In this document: positions 1-10,225 of the stretch, in pieces | Layout: each line of letters starts with the position of its first letter | Numbering within the stretch: position 1 is the stretch's first letter | DNA from: Novosphingopyxis sp. | GTDB taxonomy: Bacteria; Pseudomonadota; Alphaproteobacteria; Sphingomonadales; Sphingomonadaceae | DNA length: 47,337 bases | Assembly (NCBI GenBank): GCA_042090735.1 | Contig: JBELIU010000001.1 | Span: forward strand, 1-47,337 | Reading direction: 5' to 3' | Notes under the pieces: generated by a model | The model's input: only the letters and a program-made list of their open reading frames with translations | What the model was told of the DNA's origin: nothing | Database searches by the model: none | Translations under genes and position numbers: made by a program

Positions 1-579
1 CGACGGAATGTCATCCTCGATCAGGCGATGCACCTGAAGCTCATCGGTCTTCAGCCGCGTCATGAACACCAGGCCGTATTTGTTGTCGATCGGCACTTCG
101 CGCACTTGCGGATAGCCGGAACTGACCGGCTTCATCGCATCGACCCAGGCCTGATCCGTTTCCAGCAGCATCACGATGTCCGGATCGTGACGGCGGATGA
201 GATCGAGCGTGCGGCCATATTCGCGGTTGTCCTGCAAGACGTTCAGCGAAAGGACGGTAAAGCATTGTTTGGCCGAAAGCTCGGCGCTCGCATTGATGAA
301 CTCCACCTCCGGTTTGGCGAGCAGTGTGTAGCGATGGATGCGATATCCCTGCCATAAGGTGATCGCGAGCAGCGCGCCCGCAATGATCCAGCGCCGCTTG
401 CCCTTCAGCATGAGGCCGCTCACCAGAAACAGCAGCCCGGCGATGGTGAAGATCGCCAGACGCGGATAATCCCACAGCCTGATCCACCAGTCGTTGAAAT
501 TGGTGAAACTTGCGATGGTGACGAGAAGCAGGAAGATGGTCGCGAGGACCAAGAGGCCGAAGCCGATTTTGCGGAACAT
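1..579 (-). CDS. Endonuclease/exonuclease/phosphatase (EEP, YafD-like) membrane protein, runs off the window start
   Basis: Translated by hand (not in the ORF track): ATG at 579 after GGAG; [41 protein letters not shown]...[12 protein letters not shown]...[14 protein letters not shown]...DNKYG; N-terminal TM helices then EEP motifs. Confidence 0.8.
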   Translation of the reverse strand, partial: MFRKIGFGLLVLATIFLLLVTIASFTNFNDWWIRLWDYPRLAIFTIAGLLFLVSGLMLKGKRRWIIAGALLAITLWQGYRIHRYTLLAKPEVEFINASAELSAKQCFTVLSLNVLQDNREYGRTLDLIRRHDPDIVMLLETDQAWVDAMKPVSSGYPQVREVPIDNKYGLVFMTRLKTDELQVHRLIEDDIPS

Positions 580-711
580 GCGGCGTCTCCGGGAACGCGA
601 AGGGCAGGGTCGGCCCGAAAACACCGGGCCGGCCCCTCGTTACGCGGTCGACATACAAAGGCAACCCTCCCGGCTTGCCGGGGCGTCGTTGCAACGCTAA
701 TCGGCTGGCCC

Positions 712-2916
712 ATGACCGATCACAGCGCAGCGCCCGCCATAACGCCCGAAATCGTTGCCGAACACGGCCTGAGCGAGGAGGAATATCAGCGTGTGCTGAA
801 CGCGCTCGGCCGCGAGCCCAATCTGGTGGAGCTCGGCATCTTTTCGGTGATGTGGTCCGAGCATTGCAGTTACAAAAGCTCCCGCCTGCACCTCAAGAAA
901 CTGCCGACCGAGGGGCCGCAGGTTATTTGCGGGCCGGGCGAGAATGCGGGTGTGATCGACATCGGTGACGGACAGGCGGCGATCTTCAAGATGGAGAGCC
1001 ACAACCACCCCAGCTATATCGAGCCCTATCAGGGTGCGGCGACGGGCGTGGGCGGTATTCTGCGCGATGTCTTCACCATGGGGGCGCGCCCGGTGGCCAA
1101 TATGAACGCGCTGCGCTTCGGTTCGCCCGATCACCCGAAGATGAAGCATCTTGTCAAAGGCGTGGTCGCCGGGATCGGCGGCTACGGCAATTGCGTGGGC
1201 GTTCCCACCGTAGGCGGCGAGACGAACTTTCACCGCGCTTATGACGGCAACATCCTGGTGAACGCGATGACCGTGGGCATCGCCGACCAGGACAAGATCT
1301 TCTATTCGGCGGCATCGGGCGTCGGCAACCCGATCGTCTATGTCGGTGCCAAGACCGGGCGCGACGGTATTCACGGCGCGACGATGGCCAGCACCGAGTT
1401 CGGCGAGGATAGCGAAGAGAAGCGCCCCACCGTTCAGGTCGGCGATCCGTTTACCGAGAAGCTGCTGATCGAGGCGTGTCTGGAGCTGATGGCAACCGAC
1501 GCGATCGTTGCGATCCAGGACATGGGCGCGGCGGGCCTCACCAGCTCCAGCGTCGAGATGGCGTCGAACGGCGGGGTGGGCATCCGGCTCGACATGGACG
1601 CGGTACCCCAGCGCGAAGAGGGCATGACCGCGTATGAGATGATGCTGTCCGAAAGCCAGGAGCGCATGCTCATGGTGCTGAAGCCGGGCCGCGAGGCAGA
1701 AGCCGAAGCGATCTTCCATAAATGGGAGCTCGATTTCGCGGTGATCGGCGAAGTGACCGATACCGGCCGTATGGTGCTGGATCATGGCGGGCAAACCGTC
1801 TGCGATATCCCGCTCGACCCGCTTGCCGACGATGCGCCGCTTTACGATCGCCCGCACGAACCCACTCCCGCCCCAGCAGCGCTGGCCGACATCCCGGGCC
1901 GCGATGACATCGGTGCGGACCTTCTGACGCTTATGGGCTGCCCGGATCTGGCATCGCGGGCCTGGATCTGGCGCCAATATGATAGCCAGGTAGGCGGCGA
2001 TACCGCGCAGCGATCGGGCGGGGACGCCGCGGTAGTGCGCGTTCATGGAACCAGCAAGGCGCTGGCGATCACCACCGATTGCACGCCGCGCTATTGCTTC
2101 GCCGATCCGGTGCAGGGTGGGCGGCAGGCGATTGCCGAAGCCTGGCGCAACATCTGCGCGGTGGGCGGCAAGCCGCTGGCGGTGACGAACTGCCTCAACT
2201 TCGGCAGCCCGCAAAACCCGCGCATCATGGGCCAGATCGTCGGCTGCCTGGAAGGCATGAGCGAAGCCTGCATCGCGCTCGACATGCCGATCGTGAGCGG
2301 CAATGTCAGCCTCTACAATGAAAGCAAGGCGACCGGCGGAGGTTCTGCCATTTTGCCGACGCCTGCCATCGGCGCGGTCGGCCTGCTCGACGATGTGACG
2401 CGCATGGCGACCATCGCATTCAAGGCGGAAGGCGAGACGCTGCTGCTCGTGGGTTATAGCGCAGGCCATGTCGGTCAGTCTCTCTGGCTGCGTGAATGCC
2501 ATGGGCGCGAAGAAGGCCCGCCGCCGCCGATCGATCTGGAGGTCGAGCGTCGGCATGGAGACTTCGTGCGCGATCTGGTGCGCGACGGATTGGTGAGCGC
2601 GGTGCACGACGTCTCGGACGGCGGCGCGCTGGTTGCCATCACGGAGATGGCTCTGGCGGGCGATATCGGTGTGGAGATTACGCTGCCGGAGGTCGAAAAC
2701 CCCGCAGCGGTCCTGTTCGGCGAGGATCAGGCGCGTTATCTGGTGACGGCGAAGGACGCCGATGCGGTGACTGCGCGCGCAGGCGAAGCAGGAGTCTTCA
2801 TCGCGCCGGTCGGGCGTACCGGTGGTGATGCGGTGAAAGGTCCGCAGCTATCGGTCTCGCTGGCCGATCTGCGCGATGCGAACGACCGCTTCTTCCGGGA
2901 GTGGATGGAGAATTAA
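712..2916 (+). CDS. purL: Phosphoribosylformylglycinamidine synthase subunit PurL
   Basis: 734 aa; [32 protein letters not shown] motifs. Confidence 0.98.
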   Translation: MTDHSAAPAITPEIVAEHGLSEEEYQRVLNALGREPNLVELGIFSVMWSEHCSYKSSRLHLKKLPTEGPQVICGPGENAGVIDIGDGQAAIFKMESHNHPSYIEPYQGAATGVGGILRDVFTMGARPVANMNALRFGSPDHPKMKHLVKGVVAGIGGYGNCVGVPTVGGETNFHRAYDGNILVNAMTVGIADQDKIFYSAASGVGNPIVYVGAKTGRDGIHGATMASTEFGEDSEEKRPTVQVGDPFTEKLLIEACLELMATDAIVAIQDMGAAGLTSSSVEMASNGGVGIRLDMDAVPQREEGMTAYEMMLSESQERMLMVLKPGREAEAEAIFHKWELDFAVIGEVTDTGRMVLDHGGQTVCDIPLDPLADDAPLYDRPHEPTPAPAALADIPGRDDIGADLLTLMGCPDLASRAWIWRQYDSQVGGDTAQRSGGDAAVVRVHGTSKALAITTDCTPRYCFADPVQGGRQAIAEAWRNICAVGGKPLAVTNCLNFGSPQNPRIMGQIVGCLEGMSEACIALDMPIVSGNVSLYNESKATGGGSAILPTPAIGAVGLLDDVTRMATIAFKAEGETLLLVGYSAGHVGQSLWLRECHGREEGPPPPIDLEVERRHGDFVRDLVRDGLVSAVHDVSDGGALVAITEMALAGDIGVEITLPEVENPAAVLFGEDQARYLVTAKDADAVTARAGEAGVFIAPVGRTGGDAVKGPQLSVSLADLRDANDRFFREWMEN

Positions 2917-2973
2917 GCCAGCGCCGCGGGCTGCTTCGGCCCGGCGCGAAAGACTTTCGCCAAGGCGGCGCTA

Positions 2974-3771
2974 TCAGGCGGCCTTGGCAAGCAGATCGTA
3001 GGGGGCGATCCCGCGCGCGCGAAGGCGCTGATGCGCCTCCCGATAGTAGACCGGCGGTGTGATGTTCAGCCGCTCGCGCGCCGCCTCCAGCGGTTCGGCC
3101 AGCAGATCGAGAATTGGTTGTTCGCTGATGCGCGGACAGGCGCGGCCCAGTTTGCGGGCCTCGTTAATCGCTTTCAGCACCGGCGCGTCGCTTTTGGTCT
3201 TTTTCTTTACATTCAGCCCGCCGGCATAGGCGATGAACAGGTTTGCGGGCGCCGGGTTCTGACCATAGGTGAACGCCAGCACGCACTGTTCGCCCAGCGC
3301 GTCACGTCCATAGCCGGTCAGCACGTGCAGAAGATCATGCGTGTCGCGGTTGCGATTGGCGTACCATTCCATCCAATCGCCATAACGGCGACCTCCGGTG
3401 AACCGGTCATATTCCGCCACCAGACCGGCAGCCGACAGCCCTTCGGTCTCCATAAAATCGCAATAAGCGTGCGCAACGCTGCCCTTGGGCATGGTGCGCA
3501 GCCGTTCATGATTGTCGAGAATGTCGGGGAGATAGGGCTCGCGTGTCATCACGGCGCGGCCCGCTTCGCTTTCCACGAAAGCTTGCGCTTCGCTGCGAAA
3601 GCTGCGGCGGGGCAGCGCTTCGAAGATGTGGAAGACCTGACTGGTATCTTCCTTGTCGGCGATCAGATTGCGGAAATGGCGCATCGCTTTGAACGGGCGG
3701 AAGCGCGGGCGAACGCGATCGGGGGCGAACATCGGGCGCGTCGCTTGTGAAAAAGCGTGATCCATCTCCAT
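2974..3771 (-). CDS. Coq4-family (ubiquinone biosynthesis COQ4-like) metal-binding protein
   Basis: HDxxH...E motif (THDLLHVLTGYGRDALGE) and PKGSVAHAY segment. Start is ATG 3771 or 3765; the ORF-track start at 3963 overlaps the next gene. Confidence 0.85.
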   Translation of the reverse strand: MEMDHAFSQATRPMFAPDRVRPRFRPFKAMRHFRNLIADKEDTSQVFHIFEALPRRSFRSEAQAFVESEAGRAVMTREPYLPDILDNHERLRTMPKGSVAHAYCDFMETEGLSAAGLVAEYDRFTGGRRYGDWMEWYANRNRDTHDLLHVLTGYGRDALGEQCVLAFTYGQNPAPANLFIAYAGGLNVKKKTKSDAPVLKAINEARKLGRACPRISEQPILDLLAEPLEAARERLNITPPVYYREAHQRLRARGIAPYDLLAKAA

Positions 3772-3788
3772 CCTTTCAGAATGGTCGG

Positions 3789-3808
3789 TACTGACATGTC
3801 TGTCAATA
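3789..3808. promoter_or_regulatory. Operator-like palindrome (TATTGACA-GACA-TGTCAGTA on the minus strand) overlapping the -35 of the Coq4-like gene
   Basis: Minus strand: TTGACA-17 nt-CATTCT-6 nt-ATG(3771). Both arms are identical to the site at 37432-37451. Confidence 0.75.
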
Positions 3809-3854
3809 GCAAAAAGCATTCTCGCCTTGCAGCATGTGCGGTTAAAATCCGGAA

Positions 3855-4529
3855 ATGACCGTTCTCGATCCTGCCCCTTATGTCGCACTGCCCGATTACG
3901 AGGACGAGGAACGCCTCGCAAAGGCACGCGCGGCTGCCGATCGATTGGCGAACCGGCGGACATGCCGGGACTTCGCGTCCGATCCGGTATCGCGCGCGGT
4001 GATCGAGCAGGCCATCCGTGCCGCGGGAACGGCGCCTTCCGGTGCGAACCACCAGCCCTGGCATTTCGCGGCCATTTCCAATCCTGACATCAAACGGCGT
4101 ATCCGCATGGCGGCGGAGGAAGAGGAGCGTGCCTTCTATGCGGGCAAAGCGGGCGAAGAATGGCTCGAAGCATTGGCCCCGCTCGGCACCGATCCCGCCA
4201 AGCCCTTTCTGGAAACGGCACCTTGGCTGATCGCGGTGTTCGGACAGCGCAAGGGCGGGCCTGCGGCTGGGAATAGCAAGCAGAACTATTACGTGACGGA
4301 GAGTGTCGCCATTGCCTGCGGCTTTCTGCTCGCAACACTGCACGAGGCGGGGCTGGCGACGCTGACGCACACGCCCAATCCGATGAAGTTTCTCACCGAT
4401 ATCTGCGGACGGCCCGCGAGCGAAAAACCGATCATGCTGATCGTGACGGGGAAGCCTGCGCGCGACGCGGTCTATCCTGCGGCGGCGGCCCGCAAGAAGC
4501 CGCTGGACGCGATTGCCAGCTGGCTTTAG
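3855..4529 (+). CDS. Nitroreductase-superfamily flavoprotein, iodotyrosine deiodinase (IYD)-like
   Basis: RRTCRDF, AGTAPSGANHQPW, lid AAEEEERAFY...W...L..LGTD..KPFLETAP, TLTHTP. Confidence 0.85.
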   Translation: MTVLDPAPYVALPDYEDEERLAKARAAADRLANRRTCRDFASDPVSRAVIEQAIRAAGTAPSGANHQPWHFAAISNPDIKRRIRMAAEEEERAFYAGKAGEEWLEALAPLGTDPAKPFLETAPWLIAVFGQRKGGPAAGNSKQNYYVTESVAIACGFLLATLHEAGLATLTHTPNPMKFLTDICGRPASEKPIMLIVTGKPARDAVYPAAAARKKPLDAIASWL

Positions 4530-4550
4530 CGGACGGGGCAGGGGGCAAGG

Positions 4551-5825
4551 ATGGACCAGTCAGACAACGTGCCGCGCGGCAGTGCGCTCGATACCCGCTG
4601 GATCGAGCTGGACGCGCTGCGCGGCTTCGCCGTCATGGGAATCCTGGCGATGAACATCATCGCCTTCGCTTTGCCAGAGGACGCCTACTTCCTGCCGCGA
4701 GTGCCCGGGACAGGACCGGCTACCTCCGCCGATATCGCGTCATGGATCGCCGCTTTTCTGCTGTTCGACGGCAAGATGCGCGGGCTTTTCTCGCTTCTGT
4801 TCGGCGCGAGCCTGTACCTGATTGCCGAGCGCGCGGAGGCTGCAGGCCAAGGCGCGGCGCGCGTCCATTTCAGCCGGATGTGGTGGCTCGGTGTGTTCGG
4901 TGCCGCGCACTTTTTCCTGATCTGGTGGGGCGATATCCTTTTCCTCTACGCCGTGATCGGTTGTTTTGCCTTTCTGATGCGCGGCGCGGCCACCCGCACG
5001 CTCGTGGTGACGGCACTGGTCGTCTACGCCGTCGGATTCGTTCTGATATGCTTGTCGCTGGGTGCCATGTTCTCCATTCAGGCCGCAGCGCAAGCACCGG
5101 ACGCCAGCACGGCCAGCGTGGAACGGTTCGCCGCCATGATGCAGGGCTTCTCCGCCGATGCGCAGCAGGAAGAAATCGCGCTGTTCCGGAGCGGATATGG
5201 TGCCATTCTGGACTTCCGGCTGTCGCAATGGTGGCGGCCGCTCAATCTGCTGTTTCAGGCCGGTACGGAGACCTTTCCGCTCATGCTGCTTGGCATGGCA
5301 GGCCTGCGCAGTGGCTTCATGACGGGCGGTTGGCAGCGGCGGCGCTATGTGCAGCTGATATGGGCGCTGCTGGTGCCGGGTATGCTGATCTATGCCGGGT
5401 TGGCGGCGCTAGACTCGTCGCGCGGGTTCGATCCGATCTTCTCGCTGAACCTCACCGTCGGTTGGAGCCTGCCAGCGCGTTTGATGACGACCATCGGCTT
5501 TGCCGCGCTGTTCCTGCTTATAATCCGTGGCATGCAGAAACGCGCTCTGCTGCCCTGGATCGCGGCGACGGGCCGGGCGGCGTTCACCAATTATCTTGGC
5601 ACCAGCATCGTCATGACCACGCTGTTCTACGGCTATGGCCTTGGCCTGTTCGCAGAAGTCTCGCGGGCCGCACTTTACCTGATCGTGGCGGCGATGTGCG
5701 GCCTGATGCTGCTCTGGTCCAAACCGTGGCTCGATCGATACCGCTACGGGCCGCTGGAATGGCTGTGGCGCAGCCTTGCGCGCGGACGGCCGCAGCCGAT
5801 GCGCAAGGCACTTTCTGCCGGTTAG
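4551..5825 (+). CDS. DUF418 (YeiB-like) multi-pass membrane protein
   Basis: LDALRGFAVMGIL, GKMRGLFSLLFG, GDILFLY, GRAAFTNY, GPLEWLWR. Confidence 0.9.
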   Translation: MDQSDNVPRGSALDTRWIELDALRGFAVMGILAMNIIAFALPEDAYFLPRVPGTGPATSADIASWIAAFLLFDGKMRGLFSLLFGASLYLIAERAEAAGQGAARVHFSRMWWLGVFGAAHFFLIWWGDILFLYAVIGCFAFLMRGAATRTLVVTALVVYAVGFVLICLSLGAMFSIQAAAQAPDASTASVERFAAMMQGFSADAQQEEIALFRSGYGAILDFRLSQWWRPLNLLFQAGTETFPLMLLGMAGLRSGFMTGGWQRRRYVQLIWALLVPGMLIYAGLAALDSSRGFDPIFSLNLTVGWSLPARLMTTIGFAALFLLIIRGMQKRALLPWIAATGRAAFTNYLGTSIVMTTLFYGYGLGLFAEVSRAALYLIVAAMCGLMLLWSKPWLDRYRYGPLEWLWRSLARGRPQPMRKALSAG

Positions 5826-6256
5826 AGGCGGCCGAAACTCTGGTTCATGCCGAAGCTGCGCTGACCGAAGCTGCGGCGGCGTTCCACCAGCGGGCTCGTC
5901 TCACGTTGCAGGGCCTGCAGCGTCTGTTCGAACAGGCGGCGCAGCTTTGCCACATCGGGAAGCACCTCGTCCGGATCGATGCGATGCTCGATACACTGCC
6001 TTGCCACCATCTCGATGCGCTCCGCGGTGCTGCCAAGCGCCTGCGCACCGAACTGATAGGCCTCCCCCTTCAGCATGTGCGCCGGATTGACGAGCGCCGT
6101 CGCGGACTTTTCACGCATGGCATTTTCAATCAACGCGATCGACTTCTTACCGTCCTCCTCGAAATAGCCGAGAATACGAACAAACCCCGTGCCAAGCTGG
6201 GCACGACAAGCCTGAAACGCCTTCCAGTCCACCAAATCTCCGGTATCAATCGTCAT
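5822..6256 (-). CDS. Stand-alone Hpt (histidine phosphotransfer) domain protein
   Basis: AHMLKGEAYQFGA Hpt motif; 144 aa. Confidence 0.9.
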   Translation of the reverse strand: MTIDTGDLVDWKAFQACRAQLGTGFVRILGYFEEDGKKSIALIENAMREKSATALVNPAHMLKGEAYQFGAQALGSTAERIEMVARQCIEHRIDPDEVLPDVAKLRRLFEQTLQALQRETSPLVERRRSFGQRSFGMNQSFGRL

Positions 6257-6336
6257 GGCCGCTCTTCGGTCCCCCCAATTAGTCCCAAGAGCTGTTTAGC
6301 GGATGATCCGTAAACGTTCCGTTGACGATGCGGGCG

Positions 6337-7695
6337 CTAGTCGTCGAACGGGTTTTTCGGTGCCCGCAGCGTCAGGCGCACCGGCACCGCACCGAAATCG
6401 AGATCGCGCCGGATGCCGTTCAGAAGATAGCGTTCATAGCTTTGCGGCAGATCGTCGACCCGCGTGCCGAAGATGACAAAGGCGGGCGGGCGGCTCTTGG
6501 CCTGTGTGATGTACCGCAGCTTGATGCGCTGGCCGCCGGGGGCGGGCGGGGGGTTCAGCGTAATCGCATGTTCGAACCAGCGGTTGAGTGCGGCAGTGGG
6601 CACACGGCGGCTCCACGCCTCCCGCGCGGCAAAGGCGGCGGTCAGCATCTGGTCTGTCCCCTTGCCGGTGATGGCCGAGACGGCGATCAGCGGCACGCCC
6701 TTCAGCTGCGCCAGCCCTTCGTCCAGCGCGCCGCGAATGCCGTTGAAGAGCGCGCTTGCGTCCTCCGCCACGTCCCATTTGTTGATCGCAATGACGAGCG
6801 CGCGGCCCTCCTGAATCACATGATCGGCAATCTTCAGGTCCTGAAGTTCCAGCCCCTTGGTGGCATCGAGCAGCAGCACCACAACTTCCGCGAAGTCGAT
6901 TGCGCGGCGGGCGTCGGCAACGGACAGGCGCTCCAGCTTCTCCTTCACCTTGGCGCGCTTTCGCATGCCCGCAGTGTCGATCAGGCGCACCTTGCGGTCT
7001 TCGCCCGGCCCGGTGGTCCAGACCCAGTCGATCTCGATAGAATCGCGGGTAATGCCGGCTTCCGGCCCGGTTATCAGTCGGTTCTCGCCCAGCAGCTTGT
7101 TGATTAGCGTGGATTTGCCCGCGTTGGGACGCCCGACGATGGCGAGCTTCAGGATGCGATCGCCGTCTTCGTCATCGTCCTCGGGGGCAGGAGGCTCGAA
7201 ATTGTCGATATGCGGGGCCAAGCCTTCGAACAGATCGGCCAAGCCCTCGCCATGTTCGGCGCTGATCGCGATGGGTTCGCCGAGGCCGAGCGAATAGCTT
7301 TCCATGATCCCGCTATCGGCCTGCGTACCCTCCGCCTTGTTGACGGCGAGGATAACGGGATGGCCCGAAGCGCGCAGCCAGCGGGCGATTTCCTCGTCCA
7401 GCGGGGTGACGCCCGCGCGCCCGTCGATCAGGAATAGCGAGACGGCGGATCCGGCGACGGCTGCCTCGGTCTGCATCCGCATCCGGCCGGGCAGGGTCTG
7501 CTCGTCCAGATCCTCATAGCCCGCGGTGTCGATGATGCGGAAGTTCAGATCGAACAGCGTGGCATCGCCCTCGCGCCGGTCACGCGTGACGCCCGGCCGA
7601 TCGTCGACCAGCGCGATCCGCTTGCCGACGAGGCGGTTGAAAAGCGTTGATTTGCCGACGTTCGGACGTCCGACGATGGCGACTGTGGGAAGCAA
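6337..7695 (-). CDS. der: Ribosome biogenesis GTPase Der (EngA)
   Basis: Two G domains (GRPNVGKST, GRPNAGKST; DTAG twice) and a KH-like C-terminus. Probable start is TTG 7695 (MLPTVAIVG). Confidence 0.97.
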   Translation of the reverse strand: MLPTVAIVGRPNVGKSTLFNRLVGKRIALVDDRPGVTRDRREGDATLFDLNFRIIDTAGYEDLDEQTLPGRMRMQTEAAVAGSAVSLFLIDGRAGVTPLDEEIARWLRASGHPVILAVNKAEGTQADSGIMESYSLGLGEPIAISAEHGEGLADLFEGLAPHIDNFEPPAPEDDDEDGDRILKLAIVGRPNAGKSTLINKLLGENRLITGPEAGITRDSIEIDWVWTTGPGEDRKVRLIDTAGMRKRAKVKEKLERLSVADARRAIDFAEVVVLLLDATKGLELQDLKIADHVIQEGRALVIAINKWDVAEDASALFNGIRGALDEGLAQLKGVPLIAVSAITGKGTDQMLTAAFAAREAWSRRVPTAALNRWFEHAITLNPPPAPGGQRIKLRYITQAKSRPPAFVIFGTRVDDLPQSYERYLLNGIRRDLDFGAVPVRLTLRAPKNPFDD

Positions 7696-7910
7696 GGGGG
7701 CGGTTCCTGCAATTGAAGCGAAAGGAAATTGCGCAAAAGCTACGAAGTGTTCCAGTAGCGCGGCCCGCGACGTGAAACAATATTTCCCGCCGTCCAGCCT
7801 GGCAAGCCGAGCCGGCGAATGGGGGCGGGTCATATCAAGCCAGCCCATGGCCTCACGTTCGGAGGCGGCTGGCCGAAAGCTATGGAGCAACCTTAAACGC
7901 GCTGGACTGA

Positions 7911-7946
7911 TCGCTCCGACGGCAGCCGATGGCTACGTCGGAGCGA
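7911..7946. terminator. GC-rich hairpin downstream of bamB (no U-tract)
   Basis: TCGCTCCGACG...CGTCGGAGCGA perfect 11-bp stem plus an inner AGCC/GGCT stem, 11 nt after the bamB stop. Confidence 0.45.
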
Positions 7947-7957
7947 CCGGAGAGCGC

Positions 7958-9289
7958 TTAACGATAGGCCGATATACGTCCGCTGTCGTCCAGCAGATAG
8001 AGCGTCTGATTGGCGACCACGGGCGAAACCGAAACCGACTCGCCCAGATCGAAGATCTCGGTGGCCGTGCCGTCCTGCGGGTCGACTGACCAGACGCCGC
8101 CGCGCGTGGAGGCGACGACAAGGCGGCCACCGGCAAGCACCGGGCCCTTCCAGTCGATCGGGTCTTCTTTCTTCTTCGCCTTGCGATATTCCGGCAGCTG
8201 CGAGACCCAACGGATCTTGCCGGTGGTCCGCGCGACCGCGAGCAATTTCGCATCGTCGGTGAGGACGAACACCCAGTCGCCCGCCACCACGGGGGTGGCT
8301 ATCCCGGCGATGTTGATTTCCCAGATACGCTGGCCGCTGATCAGTTCGTAAGCCGCCATGCGCCCGCCCTGGCCGATGGCGTAGACGCGGCCGCGGTCGA
8401 TCACGGGATCGGCATCGATATCGGTGAGCGAGGAGACCGAGGTGGAGATGCTGGTGCGCGAGAGCGCGTCGGTCCACAGGTCCTGCCCGTTTTCATAACG
8501 ATAGGCGGCGAGTTCGCCGGTCGAATAGCCAGCGATCACCGTTCCCTGCGCAGCGGCGGGGGCCGCGACGCCGAAAATACCGGTCTGGCCGATGGTGCCG
8601 GACTTGTTCCAGTTGGTCTTGCCCGTCGCCGGATCGAGCGCATAAATCTGATTGTCCTGCGTCATCACATAGACATTGCCATTGGCAAGCGTGGGCGCGC
8701 CGCGCATCGGCCCTGCGGGCCGCACGCGCCATTTCTCGTTGCCGGTCGCCGCGTCGAGGGCGGCCACGTCACCCAGCCCGTCGGTTGCGTATACGCTCGA
8801 TCCATCGACCGACACGCCGCCGCCGAAGAAACTGGCGCGCCCGCTGCCGGAAGAGGGAAGCTCATGGCTCCAGACGGCGCTGCCGGTCGCGGCGTCATAG
8901 GCGCGAACCCTGGCATCGGTATCGATCACATACAGGCGGCCATCGGCGATGACCGGCGCCGCAGCCAGGCGTTCGCGATTGCTGGCGCCCGCAATGCTGG
9001 CGGTCCAGGCGCGTGAGAGGGACTGGCCCAGGGCAAGATGCGCCGGGTTCTTGGCCGCGTTGCCGCCGGGCTGGGCCCAGCTCGTATTGGCGACGGGTGC
9101 GGGAAGCACCACCGGCACGCTGGAGAGCGCCGGATCGACCACAGCGTCGCTCTCCGCACCCAGAATGGCGACGCGGTTGCCCAGCGTGGGGGTCGATTTC
9201 TTATCGCCGCCTCCGCCGAACAGGCTGCAGCCGGATAGCGCCAGCAGCGCGGCGCCGCAGATCAGACTGGTGGTTGCTCGCTTCATCAA
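7958..9289 (-). CDS. bamB: BamB-like PQQ-repeat beta-propeller lipoprotein
   Basis: Lipobox LSGC, repeated xDxxTGxxxW blades, yfgM-bamB-der gene order. Confidence 0.9.
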   Translation of the reverse strand: MMKRATTSLICGAALLALSGCSLFGGGGDKKSTPTLGNRVAILGAESDAVVDPALSSVPVVLPAPVANTSWAQPGGNAAKNPAHLALGQSLSRAWTASIAGASNRERLAAAPVIADGRLYVIDTDARVRAYDAATGSAVWSHELPSSGSGRASFFGGGVSVDGSSVYATDGLGDVAALDAATGNEKWRVRPAGPMRGAPTLANGNVYVMTQDNQIYALDPATGKTNWNKSGTIGQTGIFGVAAPAAAQGTVIAGYSTGELAAYRYENGQDLWTDALSRTSISTSVSSLTDIDADPVIDRGRVYAIGQGGRMAAYELISGQRIWEINIAGIATPVVAGDWVFVLTDDAKLLAVARTTGKIRWVSQLPEYRKAKKKEDPIDWKGPVLAGGRLVVASTRGGVWSVDPQDGTATEIFDLGESVSVSPVVANQTLYLLDDSGRISAYR

Positions 9290-10056
9290 TTGGCTCCTTC
9301 GCCCTGTGCGGGCGCCGTTTGCGCAGGCGCTGCACCAGCGGAACTTTCGTCATCCTGAACAGCGTCAACGCCATAGACCCCGGCGAGCTGGCGCGTGCGC
9401 CGCCGCGTGGATTCGGGCAGCGTCTTGTCCTTGGAAAGCGCGCCGAACAGCGTGCCGGCAAGCTGGGTCTTGCCCTGCTTCACATATGCCATCGCCGTCA
9501 TTTCTCCGGCAGGCCCGAACCAGGGATTGCCTTCGATGGCGAGCGGCTTCAACCGCGCGATCACCTGATCTGGCGCGATGCTGTCGAACTGCAGCGCGGT
9601 CTGCCGCACAAGCGCAAGGTTGCGGAACGGCTCGGGCAGGCTCTCGTCGTCGATCACCTTTTGGTATGCGGCAATCGCCGCTTTCTCATCCTTGCGTTGG
9701 CTGGCGAGATTGCCTTCCATCATCAGGGCGGCGGCGCGGTAGCCTTCGTTGGAACCGTCGGCGAGCTTCTGGAGAATGGGGCGAGCCGTCTTGGCATCGC
9801 CGGCCTGCGCTGCGTCCATGGCGGTGACATATTGTTCGGCCAGCTTGCCATCGGCGGCGGTCTGCTTGTTCTGCCAGATGATATAGCCGCCAAAGGCCGC
9901 CAGGCCGAGCACGATCAGCGCCAGGATCCACAAGCCGTAGCGCTTGCCGAATGCCTCCATGTCGGACCGGCGGACGGCATCGTCCACTTCGCGCATGAAG
10001 ACATCGTCGCTCTTGTCGCTGGCATTGCCGCCAGATTTGGTAGGGGTAAGCGCCAA
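9286..10056 (-). CDS. YfgM-like membrane-anchored TPR protein
   Basis: FMREVDDAVR, one TM segment, TPR-like helices; 4-nt overlap with bamB. Confidence 0.88.
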   Translation of the reverse strand: MALTPTKSGGNASDKSDDVFMREVDDAVRRSDMEAFGKRYGLWILALIVLGLAAFGGYIIWQNKQTAADGKLAEQYVTAMDAAQAGDAKTARPILQKLADGSNEGYRAAALMMEGNLASQRKDEKAAIAAYQKVIDDESLPEPFRNLALVRQTALQFDSIAPDQVIARLKPLAIEGNPWFGPAGEMTAMAYVKQGKTQLAGTLFGALSKDKTLPESTRRRTRQLAGVYGVDAVQDDESSAGAAPAQTAPAQGEGAN

Positions 10057-10225
10057 GGCGGCTCTCCGGTCTCGGGATAATCGGCGCTCGCCTTAGCTTC
10101 GCGCGTGGGTAGGTGACAAGGGAGGAATGGGCGGCGGCACCGGGCGGCCCGGCGGCCGGCCCTCCATTACGCCCCATCCGGATGGACCAAGAGAGCTCGC
10201 CGATTGGCAGGCAAGCAGCGGCCGC

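Noticed and set aside
697-2607. 636-aa minus-strand ORF, and similar long ORFs at 4742-6313, 20495-21448, 30582-32051, 32701-33861 and 35431-36687
   Set aside because: Antisense or off-frame shadows of well-supported genes in GC-rich DNA; no recognisable motifs.
7696-7890. Extended N-termini from the ORF track (der, coq4-like, ilvC, miaA, serB, GNAT, cyclophilin, acp)
   Set aside because: The extensions overlap neighbouring genes or promoters and lack family similarity; shorter starts fit the motifs and RBS/promoter spacing.
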